The notes under the pieces were generated by a model. That model had not been told where the DNA came from and made no database searches. It was given only the letters and a program-made list of their open reading frames with translations. Positions 8,722 to 16,381 of a stretch of 25,862 nt of DNA are shown here, piece after piece; positions within the stretch are counted from its first letter, which is position 1; each line of letters opens with the position of its first letter. The stretch comes from a bacterium. GTDB lineage: Bacteria > UBP18 > UBA7526. Made by a program: the position numbers and the translations under genes. The stretch spans positions 1 to 25,862 of the forward strand of contig JAHIPW010000086.1 in NCBI GenBank assembly GCA_018903055.1. Reading direction: 5' to 3'.

Positions 8722-9559
8722 AACTCTTATGCCTGTGGGCGTGACACTCCATATTTACTGCAACCGGGAGGGTGGCCATATGGCGGGGGTATTCTTCAAT
8801 AGATAAATCCAGTGCAGTAACTCTGCCCCCAAGCCCGGCAGGACCTATCCCCAGATTATTAATTTCCTTCAACCACTTTCTTTCAAGTTCGGCAATCTTT
8901 TTATCCGGATTTCGCTGTCCGATATCTCTCAAAAGGGCCTTTTTTGCCAGATAGGCAACCTTTTCAAAGGATCCCCCGACTCCCACTCCTACAATTACTG
9001 GAGGGCAGGGGTTGGCCGAAGCAAGTTCTACTGTTTCTACTACAAATTTTTTAACCCCTTCAACTCCGTCGGCAGGTTTTAACATTTTAAGCCGAGACAT
9101 GTTTTCGCCTCCCCCGCCCTTTGGTACTACGGTTATCTTTAACCTATCCCCCTCAACTATCTGCTCATGAATTATCGCCGGGGTATTATCCTCACTATTT
9201 TTGGGGTTAGTCAGAGGATTTTTAATCATAGACTTTCTTAGGAAACCCGCAGTATAACCTTCACTTACTCCTTTAACTATGGCTTCTTCCAGTGACCCCC
9301 CCACAAACTTTACCTCCTGACCTATTTCTAGGAATACTAAAGCCAGGCCGGTATCCTGACAGAGGGGCATGGAATTTCTTGAAGCAATATGGGCATTTTG
9401 GATAAGCTGCTTTAATACCTCTTTTCCCTGCTGGGATTCTTCTATATCTATTGCTTTCTTAAAGGCTCTTATTACATCTCTGGGAAGCTCGGTGTTGGCC
9501 CTAATACATAAATCCCTTACAACTTCGGTTACCTTTTTAACGTTGATTTCTCGGCTCAC
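8711..9559 (-). CDS. Class I Fe-S fumarate hydratase / tartrate dehydratase, alpha subunit
   Basis: Motifs PLCQDTG, GFLRKS, DNTPA, PKGGG-EN, NPCPP, GIGPAGLGG and CHAHRH. Start placed at GTG 9559 (SREINVKKV); the 32-codon extension to 9655 is repeat DNA. Confidence 0.9.
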   Translation of the reverse strand: MSREINVKKVTEVVRDLCIRANTELPRDVIRAFKKAIDIEESQQGKEVLKQLIQNAHIASRNSMPLCQDTGLALVFLEIGQEVKFVGGSLEEAIVKGVSEGYTAGFLRKSMIKNPLTNPKNSEDNTPAIIHEQIVEGDRLKITVVPKGGGGENMSRLKMLKPADGVEGVKKFVVETVELASANPCPPVIVGVGVGGSFEKVAYLAKKALLRDIGQRNPDKKIAELERKWLKEINNLGIGPAGLGGRVTALDLSIEEYPRHMATLPVAVNMECHAHRHKSYVI

Positions 9560-9564
9560 CCTTT

Positions 9565-9660
9565 GCCCCCGTTGGCTTGTCGCTCGTCGCCCGCTTCGCT
9601 TTATCGCTAATCGTTTCTTAATAATATGCGATCTGCGACCTGCGACATGCGACATGCCAG
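9565..9660. repeat. Mirror array TCGC/GCGA
   Basis: TCGCT-like units, then GCGATCT GCGACCT GCGACAT GCGACAT (7-bp period). Confidence 0.8.
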
Positions 9661-9665
9661 ATATC

Positions 9666-10325
9666 TTAGCTTTTTATAATTTCTATCAAATCTCCTTGAG
9701 ATAGTTCAGCGGCATTGGCCTCATCGATGTCTATATGGAAATCTAATCTATGGGTTGGTCCGGATCTTATCATGACGTTATCGAATATTAATGCTCTCTT
9801 GCCTGGTACCTGCACCCTTACAATATCACCATCCTTTACTCCGAAACTTCTCGCTTCATCTGGAGACATGTGGATATGGCGTTGGGCAATAATTACCCCT
9901 TCTTTTAAGTCAATCTCTCCCTTGGGACCGATAATCTTTACTCCGCTCGAGCCCTTAACATTCCCCGAAATTCTCACGGGAGGTTTGATTCCCAAGGTAT
10001 AACTATCTGTTCTGGAGATCTCCACCTGGGTCTCTTTTCTTACCGGGCCCAGGATGCGCACCTTATCCATTCTTCCTTTTGGTCCCACTAAGATAATTAC
10101 CTCATTGGCGGCAAACTGTCCTGGCTGAGAAAGGTCTCTTAACTTCGTTAATCTCGCCCCCTTACTAAATAAGGTCTTTATGTCTTGTATGGTAAGGTGG
10201 AGGTGTCTATTGGAAAGACCAACTGGAATCTTGTCCGAGACTTTTAATCCACCACTTAATTTGCCTAAGACTTCCTTTACAATGGAACGGACTAATTTTT
10301 TATCATACACGTCTTTTTCTCTCAC
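9666..10325 (-). CDS. pduL: PduL-type phosphotransacylase with N-terminal encapsulation peptide
   Basis: Motifs IPVGLSNRHLHL, LSQPGQFAANE, RILGPVRKETQVEISRTD, GVIIAQRHIHMSP and HIDIDEANAA. N-terminal helix KKLVRSIVKEVLGKL. The start codon (GTG) is uncertain. Confidence 0.95.
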   Translation of the reverse strand: MREKDVYDKKLVRSIVKEVLGKLSGGLKVSDKIPVGLSNRHLHLTIQDIKTLFSKGARLTKLRDLSQPGQFAANEVIILVGPKGRMDKVRILGPVRKETQVEISRTDSYTLGIKPPVRISGNVKGSSGVKIIGPKGEIDLKEGVIIAQRHIHMSPDEARSFGVKDGDIVRVQVPGKRALIFDNVMIRSGPTHRLDFHIDIDEANAAELSQGDLIEIIKS

Positions 10326-10394
10326 TAAATCGTTAACTGTTGAGCGGTGCGCTTTACTTGCCCCGCTGATGAATAATTATTATTCAATTTGCCC

Positions 10395-10520
10395 GTCCCG
10401 ACATCCGTCGGGACTGTTTACCGTTTACCGTCTTTTACCGCCTCTCGTTTTCACTCGAGACTGGGCGATCCTGAATGAAATGAAGGACCGTAAACCGTAC
10501 ACCGTGAACCGTAAACCCCT
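10395..10520. repeat. ACCGT-based heptamer array with a hairpin
   Basis: TTTACCG and ACCGTAA/ACCGTGA units, plus GTCCCGAC-atcc-GTCGGGAC. The same family occurs at 19100-19265. Confidence 0.8.
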
Positions 10521-10522
10521 TT

Positions 10523-11287
10523 CTATCTTTTTTGTCTTTCATATTTAATGATCTGGGCAAAGGATCTGGCATCCAAGCTCGCCCCTCCTACTAAGGCACC
10601 ATCGATGTCCTTCTCCCTCATTAAATCAGAGATGTTCTCTGGCTTGACGCTTCCTCCGTACTGAATCCTAATCTTAGAAGCAGTAACCTCATCATAGAGC
10701 TCGCTTAAGAGTCTTCTAACGAAAGAATGTACCTCTTGCGCTTGATCCGGCGTGGCGGTCTTTCCCGTTCCAATGGCCCACACCGGTTCATAGGCAATGA
10801 CCATCTTCAATACCTCTTCCTTAGATAGACTCTCCAGTCCCCGAGTAATATGCTCCCTCACCACCCCTTCGGTCACTCTCCGCTCCCTCTCCTCCAACCT
10901 CTCCCCCACACACATTATAGGAGTGAGACCGAATTTTAGAGCGGCTTTTACTTTTCTATTCACTGATTGGTTTGCTTCACCGAAGAGATGCCTCCTCTCT
11001 GAATGGCCAATGATGACATACTGACAGCCCACATCAGTGAGCATTCCAGGTGAAACCTCTCCCGTATAGGCCCCCTTCTCCTCCCAGTAGATATCCTGGG
11101 CACCGAGAAAGATATTCGCTCCCCGAATGGCTTTACCCACCGCAAAGAGAGAAGTAAAGGGTGGGCAGGCCACGATGTCCACATCGTTGACTTCAGCGAC
11201 CTCGGACTTCAATTTAGTCACTAAATCCAGGGACTGGTCGATGGTCTCATTCATCTTCCAGTTCCCGGCAATTATTGGACGACGCAT
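10523..11287 (-). CDS. tpiA: Triosephosphate isomerase
   Basis: Motifs AGNWKMN, GAYTGEVS, IGHSERR, AYEPVWAIGTG, YGGSV and LVGGASL. Confidence 0.98.
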   Translation of the reverse strand: MRRPIIAGNWKMNETIDQSLDLVTKLKSEVAEVNDVDIVACPPFTSLFAVGKAIRGANIFLGAQDIYWEEKGAYTGEVSPGMLTDVGCQYVIIGHSERRHLFGEANQSVNRKVKAALKFGLTPIMCVGERLEERERRVTEGVVREHITRGLESLSKEEVLKMVIAYEPVWAIGTGKTATPDQAQEVHSFVRRLLSELYDEVTASKIRIQYGGSVKPENISDLMREKDIDGALVGGASLDARSFAQIIKYERQKR

Positions 11288-11361
11288 GTACTCTCTCTTT
11301 TACGTTATACGTTGAAGGGTTGCGCTGCTCGTGTCATCTTGAGCAAATTGTAGCGAAATTT

Positions 11362-11525
11362 GAAAACAGTTGACAGAAATTTGAAAACTATAGGGAAATC
11401 TGAAATCAGCCCGCCCCGCTTCGCGGAGCGAGGCCGGGGAAAACTGTTTTCCGTTTTCCGTTCTCCCTACTGATTTCTGTTTTCTAATAACTGATTTCCT
11501 ACTCTCCTACTCTCCTACTCTTCTT
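11362..11525. repeat. GAAAACWG/CWGTTTTC mirror element, with an inverted second copy at 25510-25630
   Basis: 11362-11402 matches the reverse complement of 25589-25629 at 36/41 nt. CTCCTAC-type heptamers follow it. Confidence 0.85.
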
Positions 11526-11530
11526 CTTTC

Positions 11531-11821
11531 CTACTTACCAGGTGTGATAGGCATTACCCCTTCCAAATCCGGATGGGGTCTGGGAATGACGTGAACGCTT
11601 ACCAGTTCCCCTACCTTCTGAGCTGCCGCAGCACCAGCATCGCAGGCTGCCTTGCAGGCAGCAACGTCACCCCTCACTAAGGTAGTGACATAGCCTGCTC
11701 CGATCTTCTCCCAGCCTACCAGTCTTACCTTGGCAGACTTGATCATGGCATCCGTAGCCTCGATAAGGGTTACCAGTCCCTTGGTCTCAATCATCCCCAA
11801 GGCTTCTTTTGTTTCTTCCAT
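11531..11821 (-). CDS. BMC hexameric shell protein (PduA/EutM-like BMC-H)
   Basis: [27 protein letters not shown]...[24 protein letters not shown]...SVHVIPRPH. Start placed at ATG 11821, behind the RBS GGAGGTG. Confidence 0.95.
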   Translation of the reverse strand: MEETKEALGMIETKGLVTLIEATDAMIKSAKVRLVGWEKIGAGYVTTLVRGDVAACKAACDAGAAAAQKVGELVSVHVIPRPHPDLEGVMPITPGK

Positions 11822-11909
11822 TTTCTTCACCTCCTCTAATACACGGATAATCACAGATTCTTTACGGATGGTCACAGATGACTAAATGTAAAATAAAAAA
11901 ATTAAAGTG

Positions 11910-11973
11910 CCCTTAGAGATTGCAAGGCAATCTCAAGGACTTTAGTCCCGGAAATTCTGCAAATTTCTCGGGG
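11910..11973 (+). repeat. ~64-bp double-hairpin element, copy 1 of 3
   Basis: GAGATTGC-aag-GCAATCTC, then GAAATT-ctgca-AATTTC with CCCG/CGGG outer arms. Confidence 0.85.
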
Positions 11974-12130
11974 CAAAATGACAAATTAAAAATTAAAAAG
12001 GAATCTCCTATAGAAGAGACTTTCCTGCCCCGATATTATTTTACAATGAAAATAATTTTACATTTTGATATGTAATTTTGATTTTTGATATTTGATTTTT
12101 AAATTTAAACTAATCCGTGCTAATCCGTGT

Positions 12131-13897
12131 CTATTTACTTTCAAAGAGGCAGACCCTATTTCTTCCCTCTCTCTTGGCACGATATAAAGTCTGGTCTGCC
12201 TGACCAATCAGTACCTCCTTGCGCATCCCCTTCCTATAACCTGCCACCCCAATACTCACCGTAATCTTAACCTTCTTCTTCTTTCCTTTCAGAAAGTCAA
12301 AATCCTCTACTTTCTTTCGCAGACGCTCTGCTAAGAGATAGGCTCCCTTGGCATCCGTCTCGGGCAGAATAAGGGCAAACTCCTCTCCCCCATAGCGAGC
12401 GGCGATGTCCGCTCCCCTTATCGCCTGCTGTAAGAGATGGGCAATATTCACTAGAACCGTATCTCCTGCCGGATGGCCATAGGTATCATTAAATCTCTTG
12501 AAGTGATCGATGTCTAACATGAGCAGAGATAACGAGGTCTCATAGCGCCTGGCCTTCCTTATCTCCTGTTCCAAATAATTCTGGAAGAAAGTATGGGCAT
12601 AGAGACCGGTCAAGCCATCGTGGATCGCCTGCTCATATAACATAGCGTTCTGGATGGCTATCGCTGCATGGCTTGCCAGGGTAGACAAGAGCTCCTCATC
12701 CCTTCTAATGAACGGCTGGCGGGAAACCTTATTGGAGAGGGTAATCACTCCTACCCCCTCTCCCTTGGCCACCAGGGGAAGAGCAAGTAAAGTCTCTGTT
12801 CTATGTAATTTCTTCTCTGTCTCCAGAGGCTTATAGCGCCGGTCTCTTAAGGTATCATTAATTACCATGGACTTTTTCTTTTCAAATACTTGACCGGCAA
12901 TCCCTTCTCCTCTCTTTAGTCTCAGACGCTTCCTGGCCTCCTCACTTATCCCTATACCATAAGCGATATAGAGCCTCTTTTTCTTCTCGTGCCAGAGCAT
13001 GAGGGACCCCTTCTCCACCTGGGCCACCTCCATGAATAATTCTACGATGAGTCTCAAAAGTTCTTCCTTCTCCATGTTGGAACTTATCTTTGTAGAGAGC
13101 CTTTGGAGCATCTGAAGATCCAGAACCCTTTGGTCAAGCTCCTCCTTTGCTCTGGTTAAGAGAGTGCTCTTCTCCTCAAGCGACCTCCAGCTTCCGGAGA
13201 GCCTCTTCCCCATCTGGTTAAACACCTCTCCCAACTCTCCCACCTCATCCCGAGAGGTAATCCTCACCCTGGCTTCCAGATCTCCCCTACCGATTTTCTG
13301 AGCAGCCTGAACCAACCTATTTATCGGTCGGGTAATGCTGGCTGCCAGGAGCAAGGAGATAACAATCCCCAGAATGAGCAGGCCAATGGTTAGAAGAAAG
13401 ATATGATCTCGAATCTCAGCAATTCTTGCTTTTAAGGGGATCGAAGAGAATCCCACCCTCACCAGGCCAATCCTTCTTTTTCCCAGAAGAATGGGAACCG
13501 CAATATCGTAGCCTCCCTCTTCTGTGATCTGTAAGAGGGTAATCCTTGCTCTCTGGGCTTTGAGGCTCAAGTCGTCCCTCAGGGTCTTGCTCACCAGGCT
13601 CTTATTCGTGTGGGCCATGACCTCTCCAATATCGTTTAAAATAATGACATAATCGATATCATCACCCTTCCTGCCTATTCCCTCCACTATCTGGGTCAGG
13701 GTGATGTAATCATTGGATAGGATGGCAGTGGTGGAGGTGGTGGCCAGAGCATTGGTAATGTCCTTGGCCCTCTTGATCATCTGGTCAGTGGCCGTTCTCT
13801 CCTCCCCCTTGAGAGTGACACCAACCACTAAGGACATGATGATTACGATGATTACAATCACAAATCCGGCAATCTTTCCTGCCAGAGAAATCTTCAC
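12131..13897 (-). CDS. Membrane diguanylate cyclase (TM, extracytoplasmic sensor, TM, HAMP, GAF, GGDEF)
   Basis: Two hydrophobic segments; HAMP (ITRPINRL...RDEVGELGEVFNQM); GAF (GEGIAGQV...GVITLSNK...AAIAIQNA); GGDEF domain (HDGLTGL, DIDHFKRFNDTYGHPAGD, RYGGEEF) with intact RxxD I-site (RGAD). Confidence 0.93.
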   Translation of the reverse strand: MKISLAGKIAGFVIVIIVIIMSLVVGVTLKGEERTATDQMIKRAKDITNALATTSTTAILSNDYITLTQIVEGIGRKGDDIDYVIILNDIGEVMAHTNKSLVSKTLRDDLSLKAQRARITLLQITEEGGYDIAVPILLGKRRIGLVRVGFSSIPLKARIAEIRDHIFLLTIGLLILGIVISLLLAASITRPINRLVQAAQKIGRGDLEARVRITSRDEVGELGEVFNQMGKRLSGSWRSLEEKSTLLTRAKEELDQRVLDLQMLQRLSTKISSNMEKEELLRLIVELFMEVAQVEKGSLMLWHEKKKRLYIAYGIGISEEARKRLRLKRGEGIAGQVFEKKKSMVINDTLRDRRYKPLETEKKLHRTETLLALPLVAKGEGVGVITLSNKVSRQPFIRRDEELLSTLASHAAIAIQNAMLYEQAIHDGLTGLYAHTFFQNYLEQEIRKARRYETSLSLLMLDIDHFKRFNDTYGHPAGDTVLVNIAHLLQQAIRGADIAARYGGEEFALILPETDAKGAYLLAERLRKKVEDFDFLKGKKKKVKITVSIGVAGYRKGMRKEVLIGQADQTLYRAKREGRNRVCLFESK

Positions 13898-13997
13898 CCC
13901 GCCCTTCCTTTTAAACCGTCGATAAAAGTTTATCGTTGTCGATGCTCGTAATGATGCTCGTATTGTTTAAGGGTTACGTTGAAAAAATCAAATATTA

Positions 13998-14060
13998 CCC
14001 CGAGAAATTCAGAGAATTTCCGGGACTAAGTCCTCGGAATCTTTCCAAGATTCCAGAGGG
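13998..14060 (-). repeat. ~64-bp double-hairpin element, copy 2 (inverted)
   Basis: On the + strand GAAATTC-aga-GAATTTC, then GGAATCTT-tcc-AAGATTCC; the reverse complement aligns with 11910-11973. Confidence 0.85.
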
Positions 14061-14247
14061 AAAATTAAATATCAAAATGACATATTAAAAATCAAAATAA
14101 TTTAGAACAGTACAGATACACATTAATCGGGTAAGCATAAGTTTAATTTTACATTTTGATTTGTCATTTTACATTTTCATTTTTGATTTTTGATATTGCG
14201 TTATATTATTCGATATGAGTTTCGATACGAGTTTCCACACCCTTAAA

Positions 14248-14354
14248 CCCCGTTAGACTCTCAAATATCGTTCTGTAATTTTTCTAATAGTTTTGATACC
14301 GACTCCAGATGGATTATTCATTCTCACATGTTGGTAGATTAGAGTCTAACGGGG
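14248..14354. mobile_element. Putative MITE with 14-bp perfect terminal inverted repeats CCCCGTTAGACTCT
   Basis: CCCCGTTAGACTCT at 14248-14261 and AGAGTCTAACGGGG at 14341-14354, with TAAA on both sides (possible target duplication). No transposase is in the window. Confidence 0.6.
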
Positions 14355-14384
14355 TAAACCAGTTTCTATACCTTTAGTTTTCTG

Positions 14385-14444
14385 CCCTCGCCCCTATTGT
14401 AGGGGCGGGGTTCACCCTCGCTCCTCTGTGAGGGGCGGGGTTCA
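14385..14444. repeat. Two tandem 30-bp REP-like hairpin units
   Basis: CCCTCGCCCCTATTGTAGGGGCGGGGTTCA and CCCTCGCTCCTCTGTGAGGGGCGGGGTTCA (25/30 identical). Confidence 0.8.
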
Positions 14445-14445
14445 T

Positions 14446-15687
14446 CTAGAAGTATCCCGGGCTGACAAAGCCTGCTTCCCTTCCCTCTGGAGTAATTCTT
14501 AAAGAGCCAAACTGGATAATCTTTATTCTTCCTCCATCCTTAACCGGGGTAGATAAGAGAACCCCTTTCTTCTTGTAGTCGATCTCCTCTATTCTTCCCA
14601 TACCTAAAGTATCGCCCTTCTCGTCTAAAAGACCCACCAGTATTCCCTTCTCATCTCCGGCAACGATGTTCCTGATATTTCCCAATTTCTTACTCAATAC
14701 ATTCAATTTTTCCTGAGGAAGAGGTTTTTTGGTGACAACCAATGTTCCTTCAAAGCCAGATAGTCTCTCCGCATAGAGAGTCCCGGAAATTTTCATCTCT
14801 CTTCCTGTCCCGAAATAGCACCTGTCAGTTGCTATTCTCTCCAGGGAAAGTCTAATCTTCCTGGCCCCTTTAAAATACCTTGTGCTAGGCATCTCCCTCA
14901 GCTTCTTCCTATCCTCCGCACTGGTAAAGGAGGCCTTCTTCGAGACATTAATTCGAACAATCTTTTTGGGAGCATAGCCTTTAATCAAATGTTCCAACTC
15001 GTCCGTCCTCTGTAAAAGGACAATAATTTCTGGATAGAGGATTTCGATCTTTGCCCTCTTGAGCGCTCTCCCTCCATCGCTCTGTACCCAGCCCGTGGTA
15101 TTAATAATAACCGTATTCGCTTTTTTCAAACCAGCTTCAACCAATCGCTTGATTCCCACAATAGTGGGTAAAAAATGCAGTCCCGGGGAATGGGAGCCCA
15201 CGAAGTAGATGGCAGAAATGCTGGCTTCTGTCAAAAAGACCACCTGTTTTTTTAAGACCGCTAAACCTAAAGTCCCCGGGATACCGATATCGCTCTGGCC
15301 CGGGTCACCATCCAAAACCGCCGGCTTTACTCCCTTCTCAAGGAGCTTATTCGCTAAGTAGGTGGCGAAGAAACTTTTTCCCGTATCCACCTCCCCCAGG
15401 ACGAGAATTGTCCTGGCTTTTTCTCTTACTATGCGCTTGACCAGGTTGTCCCAGGAGGAAGGAATGGTCCTCTCTCTGATTCTTCTTATCTCACCCGGCT
15501 TCTCTATTTCTATGGAAAGGGTCGATTCTTCCTTGACTTCTAAGGGAATAGACTTACCCAGAGGAACGAGAACTTCTTCACCACTTTTGACGCTCTTTCC
15601 TATCGCCTCTATTCTTCCCCTCTTTATCCCTACCTTCCCTGGTCCTTTCAAAATATAAATATCACCCTTCTTTACTTTATATTCCAT
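14446..15687 (-). CDS. Clp1/Grc3/Nol9-family polynucleotide 5'-hydroxyl kinase
   Basis: Walker A GEVDTGKS, DGDPGQSDIG-PG, YFVGSHSP, IINTTGWV and lid RKKLRE. It has an N-terminal beta-rich domain and a C-terminal LVGLLD...LGMGRI segment. Confidence 0.85.
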   Translation of the reverse strand: MEYKVKKGDIYILKGPGKVGIKRGRIEAIGKSVKSGEEVLVPLGKSIPLEVKEESTLSIEIEKPGEIRRIRERTIPSSWDNLVKRIVREKARTILVLGEVDTGKSFFATYLANKLLEKGVKPAVLDGDPGQSDIGIPGTLGLAVLKKQVVFLTEASISAIYFVGSHSPGLHFLPTIVGIKRLVEAGLKKANTVIINTTGWVQSDGGRALKRAKIEILYPEIIVLLQRTDELEHLIKGYAPKKIVRINVSKKASFTSAEDRKKLREMPSTRYFKGARKIRLSLERIATDRCYFGTGREMKISGTLYAERLSGFEGTLVVTKKPLPQEKLNVLSKKLGNIRNIVAGDEKGILVGLLDEKGDTLGMGRIEEIDYKKKGVLLSTPVKDGGRIKIIQFGSLRITPEGREAGFVSPGYF

Positions 15688-15734
15688 CTTTCCCTACTCT
15701 CTCCCCATTTTACATTGAGCATTGAACATTTCTA

Positions 15735-15785
15735 CTCACAGTTAACATCGGTTAATAGCAGTTAATAACAGTTAATATCGGTTAC
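15735..15785. repeat. CAGTTAATA-like tandem array
   Basis: CAGTTAACA, CGGTTAATA, CAGTTAATA, CAGTTAATA and CGGTTAC in tandem. Confidence 0.75.
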
Positions 15786-15811
15786 TCTTAAATCGCCCTT
15801 CATCCTTCGTC

Positions 15812-16258
15812 TCACTTTCCCACTTTCACACCTGCTCTTTGGCGGTTATCTGCGTCCTTGAAGACTAAGGTAGGCCAGATCTTTTCTAAAACACCTTTCT
15901 CTACGGCTAGGATATTCTTTACCTCTTTGCTCTTCACTTCCACACTCCTGGGCCTTTTTACTACCTCTAAACTTTCTAACATGATGCTATTCTTCTTTTT
16001 GGACTTAATAGTGCCCAATATCTCTAAAGTCTTGGTCTTAATGAATACCCGCTCTCCCTTCTTTAGTTCCCCTATCTTTTTCTCCTTCACCATGCCGGGC
16101 AGGCACATGGATATTATCCCAGGATAGATAGGGACCTGCTTATGGGTCTCCCAGATCTCCTTTAATACCTCAACCACCAGAGCTGGGTTCTTATACTTAT
16201 AGATGAAATTTATCATTTCCTTCTTCAGATTGGGGTAATCCGATTCCTGAAAAGTCAT
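15812..16258 (-). CDS. Hypothetical basic protein
   Basis: 148-aa ORF with strong RBS (GAGGAGGG), co-oriented with its neighbours. No family recognised. Confidence 0.75.
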   Translation of the reverse strand: MTFQESDYPNLKKEMINFIYKYKNPALVVEVLKEIWETHKQVPIYPGIISMCLPGMVKEKKIGELKKGERVFIKTKTLEILGTIKSKKKNSIMLESLEVVKRPRSVEVKSKEVKNILAVEKGVLEKIWPTLVFKDADNRQRAGVKVGK

Positions 16259-16273
16259 TTCTCCCTCCTCTTA

Positions 16274-16375
16274 ACACGGATTTTTTTGTATTGCTTACTG
16301 CTCGGGTATAAACACCGCGGATTGTCACGGATTTATCCGTGTCTATCCGTGTTGTTATCCGTGTCTATCCGTGTT
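16274..16375. repeat. Mirror heptamer array CACGGAT/ATCCGTG
   Basis: ACACGGAT, CGCGGAT and CACGGAT, then four TATCCGTG copies. Confidence 0.85.
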
Positions 16376-16381
16376 TACGTT

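Noticed and set aside
8164-9559. Calling the two-subunit hydro-lyase a tartrate dehydratase (TtdAB)
   Set aside because: The family cannot be split by eye; coupling to mdh favours fumarase, so the gene symbol was left blank.
9560-9655. Long N-terminal extensions predicted for fumarase alpha, citrate synthase (7167-7271), mdh, BMC-H (11822-11875) and AldDH (2844-2870)
   Set aside because: They are read-through of repeat DNA or of the upstream gene; better starts with an RBS or translational coupling lie downstream.
11825-12130. Riboswitch or promoter upstream of the BMC locus and of the GGDEF gene
   Set aside because: I recognised no c-di-GMP, cobalamin or purine aptamer consensus and no convincing -35/-10 pair; the hairpins are explained by repeat families.
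14255-14330. 22-codon minus-strand ORF (MNNPSGVGIKTIRKITERYLRV) inside the MITE-like element
   Set aside because: Too short, no clear RBS, and its stop comes from the TIR. A faint helix-hairpin-helix resemblance is not enough to call.
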